The notes under the pieces were generated by a model, which saw only the letters and a list, made by a program, of their open reading frames with translations, did no database searches and had not been told where the DNA came from. Source: Eledone cirrhosa (lineage: Eukaryota). Taken from it: 64,000 nt of DNA. How positions within the stretch are numbered: position 1 is the first letter of the stretch; every line of letters begins with the position of its first letter. The stretch is from NCBI GenBank assembly GCA_964016885.1, contig OZ024747.1, positions 36,704,001 to 36,768,000 of the forward strand. The letters run 5' to 3'. Below are positions 41,425 through 56,049 of this stretch, piece by piece. A program made the position numbers and the translations under genes.

Positions 41425-42980
41425 GAAACACTATTAAAATTTCTTACTCTACGACTCCTAACCTTGCACATAACATCACAGCTTCAAATTTAGCTAAACT
41501 ACCTAGCCGTAGGAACACGTGCAACCCTGTAGTTAGTACTAACTGTAATTGTAGGAATCGGGCTGATTGTCCCCTTTCCGGGAAATGCCTCTCTAGTAAC
41601 ATTGCCTACAAATGTAAGGTTGTAACACCCACGTCCAGTAGGGCCTACATAGGGTTAACCGCCAATAGTTTCAAGCAGCGTCTTTACATGCATACCCATT
41701 CTTTTCGTTACCCTCTAAGAAGGAATATGACGTCACTTTCAGCTTATATCTGGAGTCTAAAAGACAACCACACCCAATATAAGTTACACTGGGAGATCCT
41801 AGCTAGGGCTAGATCGTATAACGGAAATAAAAGACCATGTGACATCTGCGTCGCTGAGGCCCTGGAAATACTCTACGCCACAGACCACATCTTAAACAAA
41901 AAATCTGAGGCAATTTCGGCTTGTAAACATAAATTGCACAAAACTTTCCTGTATTACAGCCCCACGTTATACCCTAACGGATAGCACTATCTATACGTGG
42001 ATATTTTACGTCTTGATGTGGGAGCTAAGTATATGTTTCGTTTATTCCTTTACTTATTTGCATAGGTAAGTATATATTACCCGTATGTTTTGGGAAGGTA
42101 TGTATACCTTCTCGTACGTATATTTGACTGTTATGGCGTATAATTTTTACATATTCTGGTATTTAGGGTTTGTTTATGTGTATATGGGAGTTTTGCGTCT
42201 GCGTGAGTATGCAGGTTCGTACGTATGGTGGGTGTGTGTATATGTGTACTTCTTGTTTTAGTTGACTTACGTCTCCGAACTTTCGTGTATTTATTTGTAG
42301 GTATGTGTGTGCGCTTGTTATATACGTATTTATTTACTTATATACGTTTATATAATTATTTATTTATTTGTACACAAGCATACACACATACACATATTTA
42401 TATGTGCGTGGTTTTGTATACCTATGGTAAGGTTTTGCGTATGCTTGTGTATGTACGTATCTGTTTGCGTGTATGTATTTATTTGTTTCTATTACTTCTG
42501 TATTGTATTTATTTACTTTGTTCTTAACTCTGTAGCGGAGACTCATTCGGTCTCCTAGTTAGAATGTTAGTCTACAACTTCCGCTATACCATTTACGTGG
42601 TTTTGTCTTTGCGTGCTATTGTTCTCCACGCTCCACATATGACTTATTATCTTCGTTTTTTCGTTCATTGCCAGAGACGTCTCTATGCACCACTTAGAGA
42701 ACATTAGTCTACGACCTCTTTTATACCATAAACGTGGTTCTGTCTTTGCGCGTATTGTTTTTCACCGCTCCTATTAATGACGTATTATTCGTTTTTTCCC
42801 GTTCTTTGCCAGCGAACGTCACCATGAACCAAAGTATCGTCTTCCTGTCTTCCTCCGGTTGCAACGTTTTTTGAAATATCCAGGTTCTGCGTTTACAGAT
42901 TGACTTTGTTAGTTTCAGAAGATCCCGTTAAGGGTGAAAGCAGCGATTCTTTGCTTAAACTTTAATCTGTTATATTATTA
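41425..42980 (+). mobile_element. PLE GIY-YIG fragment with 3' UTR (Hydra-like CxCx5C linker)
   Basis: CNCRNRADCPFSGKCL..IAYKC..YIGLTANSFKQR..CDICVAE..LNKKSE. A two-copy ~138-bp repeat lies at 42567-42830 and an HHR-like CAGAAGA-TCCC..GGGT-GAAA at about 42916. Confidence 0.85.
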
Positions 42981-43194
42981 AATATATATATATGTACATA
43001 TATATATATATATGTACATATATATATATATATATATATACATATATATATACATATAAGATAAAAATACTGTTAAACACACTCGTCGTATTAGAGAAAT
43101 GACAGTATAAGATATAGCTCAATGTTATCAAACAGAGCCGAAAAATTATATAAATTTAACAAAGAAGCCTTTAATACATTAAAAATCTTTATTT

Positions 43195-43235
43195 GCTGAC
43201 AATGTTTCGTCCCATTAATTAGGACTTTTGAGAGC
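43195..43235 (-). ncRNA. Decayed hammerhead (homolog of 32083-32127)
   Basis: gct-CTCAAAA-GTCC-taattaatg-GGAC-GAAAC-att-GTC-agc; the core is mutated. Confidence 0.6.
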
Positions 43236-43949
43236 AAGGAAAAAGACAAGAAATATCATCGGCTAGAACAAGCCAAAATTCAGAAGAATAGCGAATGCAT
43301 ATTTATGAAAATTTAGGAAAATTATCATGGAAAGATATGTTAAACCTAATAGGTGCATTTGTAAATAAAAACTATAGGGCAAGAGAGCAAGCAAACATTA
43401 AACAAACCTACGTTAAAAGTACAATATAAGTCTAATACTTGAAATACAACATAGTAATATAATGCGAGAAATAAGATATAAAAATTATAATATAATATAC
43501 AATACAATACAATACATAATACAGAAATAAAATTTAATATATATATATATCTACACGCACTCCGACACATATATATACACACACATATACACATTTACAC
43601 ATACACATATTAACACAAATATATAAATATAAGCATTATAATAGAATAATCACCCTGACGGTGTGATTAAACAATACTAAGATCAATGAAAATAATATAT
43701 TGACATTAAATAAATATATAAATGCATCCAACGTACCATGCAAAGTCAACAAAACGTGTATAAAAACGTAATGTATTCCACAGAGTAAAAAATAATACCA
43801 TAAAATAAAATAAAGTATGGTGAAAAAAAAAAATATATATATATATATATATACAATAAATATACGGAGATATAGGCAATTCAAATACATATAATATTAC
43901 ATATTAATATTTCAATACCAGACACATAATAGCAAGGGAGAAAGTTTTA

Positions 43950-44077
<128 letters not shown>

Positions 44078-44131
44078 GTGAGAGTTTTTTACAAAATGAA
44101 AAATAACCGAGGTGTCCTACACGAGTGGAAG

Positions 44132-44246
44132 TATAAAGAAAAAGAGATGAAATCGAAAATGCAACTGAAGTCTTATTTTTTTTTTAAATATATATATTTA
44201 AAAAAAAAATAAGACTTCAGTTGCATTTTCGATTTCATCTCTTTTT

Positions 44247-44253
<7 letters not shown>
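44132..44253. repeat. Perfect 122-bp palindrome derived from a PLE 3' end
   Basis: Arms are exact reverse complements. The arm cagttgcattttcgatttcatctcttttt resembles 47139-47170. Confidence 0.85.
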
Positions 44254-44340
<87 letters not shown>

Positions 44341-44343
<3 letters not shown>

Positions 44344-47170
44344 CAATCCACCTCAACCTGCGTGAACACACAACACCCCACCGACCTTACATTAAGACCA
44401 ATTGCAGCGGGCCCACAATGTGAAACACACAGACTGCGCATCTTTATAGACATACTACTAAAACCAATTCTCAAACACATACCAAGCCTTGTAAGACGAT
44501 CTGGACCTCTTAACCAACACCCCCAAACATGTCAACAACGACACTATTATTGTGTTTTTCGATATAGTGAATCTCTACACAACGATCCCACACCAATACG
44601 GACTAGAAGCAATGGGATTCTGGCTAGAGAAATATTCCAATTAGATACCTGGCAGAATAGAAAAAAGCTTCATCACCGAGGGATTAAAATTTATTTTACA
44701 GAACTTTTTTTGATTTTGATGGCAGTACTTACAAGCAAATATCAGGCACTGCGATAGGTACAAAATCCGCTCCAACTTATGCGAACTTTGTCATGACGTT
44801 CTTGGAAGTCCAGATATATGAACAGTCTAAATCAAAATACGGATTGAACTTCCACAAATATTTATCAGAGAATTGGGAACGCTACTTGGATGATTGTCTC
44901 ATTCTTTGGCCCCACACACCTGACCAACTAAATGAGTTCAACATTTTAATTAACGGCATCAACAACCACATCCAATTCACAATGGAATACAGCCAACATC
45001 AACTCCCATTTCTGGACATCTTAATCTTAAAAAAGAGACACAAATATTGGAACTGACATACACTACAAACCATCAGATTCCAAACAATACCTGCTATTCA
45101 CCTCCAACCATTCAAAGCACACGAAGACGAACATCCCTTTTAACCTAGGAAGAAGAATTTGCACAATTGTCTCCAATTATGAAACGTGAAATAAAAGACT
45201 TCAAGAATTAAAGGAAATTCTACTCGAAAGACAGTACCCACCATTACAAATAAATAATGCAATAGTAAGAGCTAAAGCAATAGGCATTGATGAATTACGA
45301 AACAGAAACAAATTCAAGGTACGTCCAATATTCTATCATATATCTCAACACACAACCCAAGAAATGCGGAAGCTTACAACACTATTCACAAGAACATCCC
45401 ATTATTGAAACAAGACCCAAGAATGAAAAGATGCCATTGAAACACTCAAAATAATCAAAAGCAAAACACAACCGAAATCACTAAAAACATGACTCACCAA
45501 TGCCAAATTACCTACCACAAACCCACAACCATGTGTCAAAAAATGTGGTCGTTCTAATTGTGGAACCTGCACTCACCTCATTGAAGGCAACACGTATACA
45601 TTGCAATCAGGACAAGATTTTGTTGTAAAAAATCATTCACTTGCTCATCAAAAAATTTACATTGTGCCATTAAATGTAAAGGATGCAATGAAGATTATAT
45701 AGGACAAACTAAACTCACATTCAGTAACAGACTGACAGTTCATCGCCAACAATTACGAGATCCAACCACGAGACAGATGCCACTCAGCGCACATCTAGAC
45801 ATATGCGCAAGTAATAAGACGCCCAAATTCCAAGTCTTCCCATTTTAACTTTGCGCTGACAACACAACAGAACAAATACGGATAAATATGGAAAATATGT
45901 TTATTCAAAAATATAGACCAGCATTAAATATAGTTTAATATATATTATGTCAACACCATAACATGCTAACCATTAAAAGAGACACATACATACACACACA
46001 CACAAACACCTACTTTAGAAAATAAAAACCAGAACTAAATAAACCTAAACATACGTTAATACTCTAACACCTTAACATGCCCCCCCCCCACACACGCACA
46101 CATAACTCCCTCCCCCATTTCTACTAATTGAATCATTTTCCTACACACACACACAAAAATATATATATTCTCTCCATCTTAACATGCTAACCATACTCCC
46201 ACACACACATAAACACACACACATAACACACATACACACACACACTACTCCCTCCCCCATTTCTACTAATAGAATCATCTTCCTACACACACAGAGACAC
46301 ACACACATACACACAAATATACATACATATCTCTACTTTCTTTATTTCAATAGAAAGTCTGAAATTTGACACCCCAGCACACCAACCATATTCACTGAAC
46401 CAGAACAATTCTCCCCATCCCATTTCTCTTGACCTTTATCTTTTGTTTGGCACAAACTTCTCTAAAAGGCTACAAAATAAATTCCCTAATACGGGCGCGA
46501 AATTGAATGTATTTGTTCGCGTGACAGTCTTAATTTCATTTATAACCAATCAAATTACATTTCAGCACATCAGACATAATCAGAACAACTCTCTCCATCC
46601 CTTTTTTTCTTGACCATTATTTTTTGTTTGGCACAAAATTCTCTAAATGGCTATAAACAAAATTCCAAAATACGGGCGGGTATTTAATGTACTTCTTCAC
46701 GTGGCAGTCATAATTTCATTTTTTTTAAAATTACATTTTTTAAAAAAAGCCTTTGTGAGCCACTTTTCTTTAAGTGAAAAGAAATTCAAATACAAACTGG
46801 CGCGAAAGCTGGTGTGCTTATTCACGTAACTGCATCAACAAACCAAACTTCATTCATATATGAAAAAACAACCTGAGTCCCCGCCCCCCTTTGTTTGAAG
46901 AATTTCGTAACACGAACTAGCGCGTAATTTATTATACTTATTCATCAACCAATCAAACTACTTCTCTAAAAACCTGGCATTTCGAGCCACTTTTTTCCAT
47001 ATAAAACAATTAACATTCAGAGACCAACTAGATGTGAAAAAAACCACAGACCCTCCATCTCAACTCTATTTTTGAAAGCAGAAGAACTGCGAAACCGGTA
47101 AAGAAACCAAATAAATATATATATAAAAAAAAAGAATCCAGTAGCATTTTCGATTTCCTCTTTTTTCCCT
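44341..47170 (+). mobile_element. Neptune-like PLE, 5'-truncated pseudogene with long 3' UTR
   Basis: LRPIAAG, FDIVNLYTTIP, GTAIGTKSAPTYAN, RYLDDC, QFTMEY..LPFLD, KCGRSNCGTC knuckle, CKGCNEDYIGQT, RPALN*. Confidence 0.9.
47066..47104 (+). ncRNA. Short-core hammerhead-like variant in the Neptune-like pLTR
   Basis: tttTGAAA-GCAG-aagaa-CTGC-GAAA-CCGG-TA-aaga followed by aataaa. Confidence 0.45.
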
Positions 47171-47568
47171 ATATACATATATATATATACTTGGATCACC
47201 AGACACGAAATTTCCCAATATAAGGTATGACTCTCTTTGTATATTTTTTTATATGAATATTGATTGTTTGTTCCTGTATCTCGTGTCTGTTACTTTGCCT
47301 GAGAAAATATCTCTATGTGTCCTTAAAGAGTGCACACATATATTTATTTTTTTATATCCAATTGAGTTCTTCGCACGAGGCTTGAATTCTTGTCAGACCT
47401 CCATGTATATTATTTTTTTACGGTAGCCTCCTCCTCACATTTTGGGGACAGTGTGAGATTTACTTTAGAACTGCTGGACTTACATCCTAACAGTTCCCTC
47501 AAACACTGATGGTGATTATCGCTAAATATTGATGCTGATTTAAATATTAATATTAATATTATTGGGCA

Positions 47569-47690
47569 CACACTGAAGATTTATAAGAGCCCACTTGCAT
47601 AAGAATCCATTGATCTTACACAAGCTTCTACATAACTTGGTATAATTTCACCCACGATGTAGAAATCTTATAATGAAACGATCGTTTGGG
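47569..47690 (+). ncRNA. Type I hammerhead with long stem II
   Basis: caca-CTGAAGA-t-TTATAAGA...TCTTATAA-t-GAAA-CGATCG-TT-tggg. Confidence 0.7.
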
Positions 47691-47709
47691 GAATGAAATT
47701 TTTAATATA

Positions 47710-49398
47710 TCATTATATATATAAAAGCGAAGATGTGTGTGTGTCTGTGTACAATTTGTATACCTAAGGCTTTTACAATTACCACTCGAATTTGACTAAA
47801 TGTTCAGTGCACGTTGCACAGGTCGCTAGGATGGTCACATCACAAACATTTTTCCAATCGACCCACGTTGAGCAATACAAAATCGATATCAAAATTATCG
47901 GTAGCAAAATTGTTGTAAGGGAGATAACCAACTTTATTGACAATCCTTATAAAAAAGGGAGATAACCAACTTTATTGACAATCCTTATAAAGAGAGACCT
48001 TCGTTTTCAATTTTAAAACAACAATCATCGTAGGACGAAATTTCAGAAATATAAACATCAGATTCATTTGAAGATAAATCACTAATATTATCGTTTGTTT
48101 CTTGTTTATTCTTTGTTGCACTTTCAAAGATAAAAAAAAACACTTGTTGTTTTAACTTGTTTCACTATATTAAGTATCAATTTTCGCGGTAAGGGCCTAA
48201 TCTCGCAGCAGTCTCGAATTGGCGAGATTTCGATGATGGTTTGTTTATTTTTAGAACAATCCTTATGGGACTTTCCATTCAAACCATTGGGACATACAGC
48301 TTTTACATTTTTAAAGTAATTTCGTCCACATTTGAGGCAGGCATTATCTATGCTTCCAGCTGTATTCGTACATATCAAACTTTATTGACAATGAAGGAAC
48401 ATACTGAACATGATTCTTCCTGGATGTCAACGGATATATAAATCTATTGATACTGTATGTGATCAACAGGATGCGGTCAACTATCAATTCGAATTTCTAA
48501 ATTCTTTAAATCCTCCTGGTTTACCTCCTAATACATTGGTTCTGAAAGAGGGAACGCCAGTTATTTTGATGAGAAATATCACTCCTCCAAAACGATGCAA
48601 TGGTACACGCCTTGTGGTTAAAAAACTGCCTCCACTTAGTATTGACGCTACCATTCTATCCGGATGTGGAAAACGCGAGGATGTGATAATAACACAAATT
48701 AGCCTGACTACATCAGGCGTGGATACTCCCTTCTCCTTTCGCCGAACCCAATTTCCCCTTCGTGTTAAATTGCGATGTCCATAAACATGTCGCAAGGTCA
48801 AACTCTGTCCGTCACTGGAATTCACTTGGGTGAACCTTGCTTTTTGCACGGACAATTCTACGTTGCCTGCTCATGAGTTGGCAGTAGCGATAATCTCTTT
48901 GCGTTTGTTCCGAAAAGAAAAACAAAAATATCGTCTACCCTGAAGTGCTTTAGTGTTAACAAAAACACTTATTACAGCTCTGCCTTGACTTCACCTTACT
49001 CATTACAAAACATACCAATGAATATGTCATGCAGGATATTTTGGATTATAAGTTCAAAATTTAACCATACACAGCAAAGGATGCTCTCAAAGAATAGATT
49101 TTCTCCTATTCTACTCTCATTGTTTTTTTTTTATACTTTAGCAAAACTGCCGGTTTTTTTACAGATTTTCAACGTGCATTGTCTTTAATCATTTGTATAA
49201 CTACATCCTGTTCAGTGTTTTCCTTCTTTATCAACTTAGTTTTATGTGTACAAAAATTGCACTAAATATTTGTTTGCATTAATTATTGAAGGCTTCTGTT
49301 TATTTTGACAGGTTGGGGACAAATAATGTTCTTCTTTTACTTCCTGTATATTCTTAGCATAATTTCAAACCCCGAGCAACGCCGGGTAAATCTGCTAG
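47710..49398 (+). mobile_element. Helitron deletion derivative
   Basis: A|TCATTATATATATAAAAG ... CCCGAGCAACGCCGGG..CTAG|T, with an internal Pif1 helicase fragment. Confidence 0.85.
48420..48952 (+). pseudogene. Helitron RepHel Pif1-helicase C-terminal fragment
   Basis: EFLNSLNPPGLPP..LMRN..CNGTRL..RTQFPL, then after a frameshift SINMSQGQTL..HGQFYVACS*V. Confidence 0.9.
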
Positions 49399-49574
49399 TC
49401 TCATATAAAATAATACAGCCAATTATCCACACAATACAATATAGTTAGCACCCAAACGTTTAATTGGGAATATACTCCATCATTTCCTAATGTTTGTTGA
49501 GTGAGTTGTAAATTGGTCGAAGTATCGCTAATAGCTTTCTCCGTTTATGTAATTATGTTATATATATATACATG

Positions 49575-49606
<32 letters not shown>

Positions 49607-50149
49607 AACAAATTGTAGAAAGGAAAAAAATGTATCAGTGTAATATCAAAACAGGATATTTCCGCATTTAATAATGGTACCGGTTTCAGCATTGTCAACT
49701 GCGGATATGCATAATATGGTTAAGTTCCATATTTATACAAATAATAATAATAATAAATATAAGAAAATTATTAATTTTTACATACATATTTTGAAAGGAG
49801 AGTTCATATATCTGTCCGTGTTTGTCCTTCTTTCTCTCTTAGTATGCTAACAGAAGTAGCAGTTTTGATTTTTTGGTTTTGACTGGTAGTAGTTGGTGGA
49901 GAGAGACGGCGGAGAGGGAGAAGGAGGAGAGAGAAGAAGAAGAGGGGGGAGAAGGAGAAGTCTGTTGTGGTAAAAGCCACTCTCAGAAATTGCAACAAAT
50001 GCGAGCTGGCATTGGTTTGAAAGGTTGGATGACTTTAGAGTTGAAGGGGGGGGGGGGTTCTAAAGATATCTATATTGGTATTTTATCTTCGAATAAATCA
50101 TCAACATTGACTTTGTGATTTTGCCACAAAAAGATTCAGAGTTACTGAA

Positions 50150-51410
50150 ATACTAATTCCATCTTTAACAGAAACCTCCAGATTCTGGAGAATGGAGAAC
50201 ATTTTGCCACAAAAAGAGATCACGCGAATTAAAAACAGATGTAGCGATCCCGTGAGTGGTGTCACCCATACCAAGCGATTGCTCAGGGTGCTGGAGACGA
50301 ACAGATTCCCAGCCTCGCTTAAAAAAGAGTAAGAGACACCAGACGCAAGAGGCAGAGAAACACCCAAGGCAAGTGCTTCCTTAAAATCCCACACCTTGGC
50401 GAGAAAACCATTAACGCTATCCGCAGGGCTATACGGAGAGAGGGCTTCAACATCCACCTGGCCCACTCGCGCCCCTCCCTACGGAGATGCCTCTCCAGGA
50501 ACCTCGGGAATCAACTGACGCGTGTTCCCTCAGATACTGTCCGATGCGCCATACGAACTGTTGTTTACGCACATACGTTTTATACAAGGTAGAATGTGAC
50601 AAGTGCAACCACTACTATATCGGTAGCACAATCCGGCCGGTACATATCCGGATCAAGGAGCACATCAACACCAGGGCCTCGTCTTTCCGGAAACACATAA
50701 CCAAATTCGGAAACAAAGACGGAAGGCCCATTGCCACAATGCTAGTGACAGAACACAACGTCCGCACGTTACGAATCAAGGAAGCACTTTGGATCAAACG
50801 CCTAGGATCACAAATAAATAACCGATCCGAGAGAAGCGAGACAAGTTGGCTGGTGTAAACAAACGAGACAACAACACACGCACCACACACAGTGGCATCC
50901 GAACGATTGTTATTGTGTGTTTAGCGCCCCCACCATCCACCGACCAACAAGCGACCAGACAAACTACTACGCTGCTAGTACCAAAGACAGTACATATAGG
51001 TAGTACAATGAATTGACAGCTAATGCCATCCCACTTCCACAATAAAAAGGGGGCTGCTTTGACCTTTGCTTGACCGCACCTATACCGCGCGCACGTGCGC
51101 TCTACAGAATACCTCAGTTACACACAAACAGCGGACAACAGAGGTCACGTACCGTACTTCTCCGACAGGTAACTCCCCTCCCCCCTCCCAGTTGATGGAT
51201 GCGAATCTGAAATATAGGGAGAATTAAATCTCCCCCAAGTTAACACTATCTCGTGTTATTATTTTTATTTTTTACGCTTTTTCCTACGTTCCTCTACACA
51301 CTATACATCTCATTCTACATTCCCTTACATCTCTCTCTTCAACACCAGATTCTGTTACCCGGAGATTTATCCATCTGCATTGTTTAGGCTTCCAAAACGG
51401 CAAAAAAAAA
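50150..51410 (+). mobile_element. PLE 3' part (thumb, GIY-YIG and pLTR), same type as 39811 and 58420
   Basis: CSLRYCP..CC..VLYKVECDKC..YIGSTIRPVHIRIKEH..LRIKEALWIK. The 3' UTR carries the variant HHR at 51185-51221. Confidence 0.85.
51185..51221 (+). ncRNA. Non-canonical hammerhead-like motif
   Basis: ctccc-AGTTGAT-GGAT-GCGA-ATCT-GAAA-TA-TA-gggag. Confidence 0.5.
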
Positions 51411-51580
51411 ATACATATATATATATTTGATTTTATATATATATCAACTCGTGTGTTACTTTTCTACACTCTCTGTATATATATATATTTGCATACATAC
51501 ATAAATATATATGGGGGGGGAGGCTGGTATCTTCTTAACTTTCTCATGTGCTTGTTCGAACTGTGACGCTATGTGTGTAA

Positions 51581-52148
51581 TCTATATATATATATATATA
51601 AAATTGAGGATGTCTGTCAGTGTGTGTAACAAAAGTTACTCAGGGAGTGTTATGCACATAAAAATTCAACTTTTTGATCCCCTAGCCTTATGGTAAAAAA
51701 CTGCGTTTTTTCAACTTTTTAGGGGTATTTTGAGGCGTCACGTCCGACCTATTTCCTTGAAATTGTAACTATGTATTAGTCTGTCTCTTCTCCATACCGT
51801 GAGCAAAGAAAATCAAACTTTTTTATGGCGTAGTTAAAAAAGTTGGATTTTGTTCAGCTTTTCAGGGCTTATTTTAGGCTTTACGTCTAGCCGATTTTCC
51901 CGAAATTTCAAGCCATATTATGCACATTAAACAAATTCATTTTCTTGATGCCCTAGGGTCCGCATTAGGTGAAAACCTGCATTTTTCCTGTTTCAACGAA
52001 GAAAATCTTAAAGATTATTCAGCCATCAGATTATTCGGTCTATTTTCTTTACATATTGTCGAGGCATGCAGTTTTTCCACGATTAGGTCTGTTGGCGGCC
52101 CGCCTTCCAAAATACCTTATCCCGTACAACGCAGGGTACCACTGCTAG
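51581..52148 (+). mobile_element. Non-autonomous Helitron
   Basis: A|TCTATATATA...AAAATTGAG ... CCCGTACAACGCAGGG..CTAG|T. Confidence 0.8.
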
Positions 52149-52244
52149 TATATAAATAAAATAAATACTTCTGGAAGACTTTTCTCCAATGTTTACTTTA
52201 TAATTCCCTGAAGCAATGATTTTCTCTCATTATTGACCTGTGTT

Positions 52245-52438
52245 AGCGGTGGATTGGCAGTATCGGTAGAAGGTCTGACACTATGCTTTGACGCATAGAG
52301 GTACGACCCTTGCCATTCTGAGTTCAAATCCCACTGATGTTAACTTTGCCTTTCATCCTTACGAGGTCGATAAAATAAAGTACCAGTAATGCACTGCGAT
52401 AATTGCTGGCATTGTGCCAAAAGTAGAAAGAATTATTG
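52245..52438 (+). mobile_element. tRNA-derived SINE (family of 21066)
   Basis: Collinear with 21066-21255. Confidence 0.85.
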
Positions 52439-53159
52439 ACCCGTGGTTTTCTAATGTTTACATATTTTAGGAGCGCTTTCGATGGAAACAGCTATAGCCT
52501 CAGCTAAATGCAATACAGCCACGTGCAAATCTTTAAGGGGTAAATTTCTTGGTTATTCCGTATCCTTATCAGCTCTGTGTTATTTAATCTTCATGAAATT
52601 ATCATTAGACAATTCTACAAAATGTGACGTAAGTTCCGCTACTTCATCATGTATTTTCTTAAATATAATTTGGTGTACAAACCCAATATGTAGGAATTCT
52701 TCAATGCACTCTTGATTCAGTATACTCCCAACATAGTTCGTTTTATTTGTTTTTATGTATCTGTCAGATTTTCACGAGCTCTCATGATTCTCTTTCCTCT
52801 TGCGTTGAGACTGTTGCTCCTTCAGGATTTTGTTGTTTACCTGATCGTGATCATAAATCAGTCACCAGGGCCCATCGGTAGGTAGTTGACATCTTGTTAT
52901 CCAACATTCGTGATATATACACCATGATCATCCAATATACGACGGGTGATTGTTCGAGTCGAATGATGACGTTGTCCACTTCTTTCTATCTCTGCGGGCT
53001 GGTATGCCAAACATATTTGACTACTATTCATAGTCAACGCATTACGATATATGCCAATATATTCCTTATGAATACATTGAGCAGAGTATAGATCGAGCTG
53101 ATATATATATTTTATTTAAAGCGAATTAATAACTATGGGTATATATATATGCTTATAAA

Positions 53160-53244
<85 letters not shown>

Positions 53245-54953
53245 CGCGCGCACACATATACACACATATATATAAGTGTTTGTGTGTGTGTGTGCCAAGC
53301 AGATGCTATTCATAATTTTGGAAAGAAAAATACAATAAAATCATACGAAGCATGGCAAATCACTAGTGAATTAATTTTCTAATTTATCCTGCGTGAAATT
53401 AAAACAGATTTTCGTTTTTACTTTCCTGGATATAATTTTTTTTTCTAATCGGATGTTGTTGCCATTGTAAAGAAATAAATATAAAACAAAAACCTGAAAA
53501 TATTAGATAATGAAAAATATATTTTGAATGAAAAAATATACTTATATATTACTGAATTTAATTATTTTGGTATTTATATTATCTTGTTTTCTATTACTTT
53601 GTGTTATTAATTAGTTCAGAATAAGTTCAGATATAATTCGGAAGTCTGTTGAATATATTAAGAATAAATAATAAAGCATTGCTTCCATTTTATATTCTCA
53701 TTCGCTTTGTTTCAAATACAGACCAAATGTTATGGCCTACCAGAATACTGCCACATTCATATTTTAAACACGGACTCGTATGCATGTTCACATACAGTGT
53801 TTCATTCTCATCCCTTGTATTGACATTTTCAGAATCGTTAAATAATATAAAAAAATATATTTTTTCACCGTCCGAATATTTCCAAACGTCGGTAAAAGGT
53901 TAAAAATTATGGAAGACTAAATACACAAATTAAAATTATTAGTGATACAAATACTATGTAGTCGCTAGTTTGCCTCTAAAAACTTAATATATGTATATTG
54001 ACTGAAATAAACATCATAGGTGTATAATTAGAGATTATAAAATAATAACACTTATTAATTAAAGTTAGAATCAGTTCTAATACTAACTATATAATATGTT
54101 TTTTAAAAAATACTATTAAAATTATGGAAGCTTAAATTGATAATAATGATTCTCCTCGCATTGATGCTGATCCAATGAAGGGGGTCATATACATATTCAA
54201 GATTTAGTTACGCTGTCAGGTATATACTTCAAATATAAATAGCCTTCATACCTATGACTGTAGGAGGTATCCATACATAAAGAGGTACGCGTTAGTGTGT
54301 GTGATTTTAAAGCCTGGATCCAAGAGTTCTTTCAGAAAAATGTAACTTATAGAAAAACAGCAGAACCATAAAGCCATTAGAGAAAGAAACACACCAACAA
54401 CTACATTTGTAAATTTGAAGAATCTGGTGAATAATGCATAAATATTTAATATAAACTACCGGAGAAATCAGATAACACAAAATGCTGTGAAACACTAAGG
54501 GCTACAGAAGCTGACAATTAAGTAAACAGTATATATTAAAAACAGCAGTTTGCCTTAAGGTGGCACCAGTTAGTTAATTATTTACCGATATATATATCAG
54601 AAACGTGACAATGAGTCCTGTTAAACATATTAAATATCAATCCAGATCAGTCACATTCAGCAGTATATAATCAGTATTGAGTAGCCTGAAGCAACTCACT
54701 GTTATATCAGCTAAAAATATACAATAGCAGCCATCGAGTAATCAGAATATTAAAAATATAAACACTAAACAAAGGGACGCAACAGAATAAATTAGTGAGC
54801 TAGCATTTACAACACTCACAATAGCATCGTATAACTAAAGACATATGCATATATTAATATATATATATGTATGTGTGTTTGTGTGTATGTGTGTGTCTAT
54901 GAGAGAGAGAGAGAGAGGGGCGGGTATGTGTTTATCTGTATGCGTGCACGGTA

Positions 54954-55004
<51 letters not shown>

Positions 55005-55531
55005 AATAACTAGTTATCCATCTACATGGCTGAATAAAATAAATATAATCTGAGTTTTTCGAGTAGACACAATAATATTCGATTCGTTTGCAATGATGCA
55101 AACAGCCTCTTTTATAAGCCATGTCAGTAGAATGAGTCTCTCATTCTTGTTCTTGTGTTGGCATGCAAACAGAACTGCAGACACTAATGCTTCTGGGTGA
55201 TTATCCTTCATCAGTGCAGTTTACTGTTCACCTACCAACTGTCAGGGCTAGTGAAAATATATGATATTTTCTAAAATATACATTGACTGATCGGCATGAT
55301 TTGCATATTAGCAGAATAGCTGATCAGTCAGATCTCCCTATTAGGAGCTCCACTGATCAGCCAGATTTGTATATCAGCAGATGGCCAGTCAGTATCATGT
55401 ATACGAGCTATTAATGGCCGGCTTTAGCACATTCAAATAACTAACAACTAGTTATCGCTCTACACGGCTGCATACAACAAATGTAATCTGAGCCTATATG
55501 TATATATGTATATATGTATATATTATACATA

Positions 55532-55600
<69 letters not shown>

Positions 55601-55974
55601 GTTAACATATATATATATGTGTTTTGCAACGGGTCACTTTGTGGCTCAATGAAGAATTAATAAATTAAATAATCAGAGCTATATATCATAAACATGTCTA
55701 TAGAATCACCAGATAAAATATATACCGTTTCCTCTCCCAATTAGCATAATTAACCATATAAAAATAAATTAGATCAAGCTATAAGAATAAAGGCTCCTAT
55801 GAAGAAATCTCCGACAAATAACCGAAAGCAGCCCCTTCCGGCGGCTACGACGGATCAGTTATCGAATATTTCGACACCATGTATGAATCGACCAGATATA
55901 CAGTCAACTAAACAGAATTAGGTATAAAATAAACTAGAAGAAAGTTGTACATCTGGTGATTCTATAGACATGTT

Positions 55975-56049
<75 letters not shown>

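Noticed and set aside
52480-53000. Possible PLE RT remnants here and at 23330-23720
   Set aside because: Too degraded, with only single partial motifs such as HRADK.
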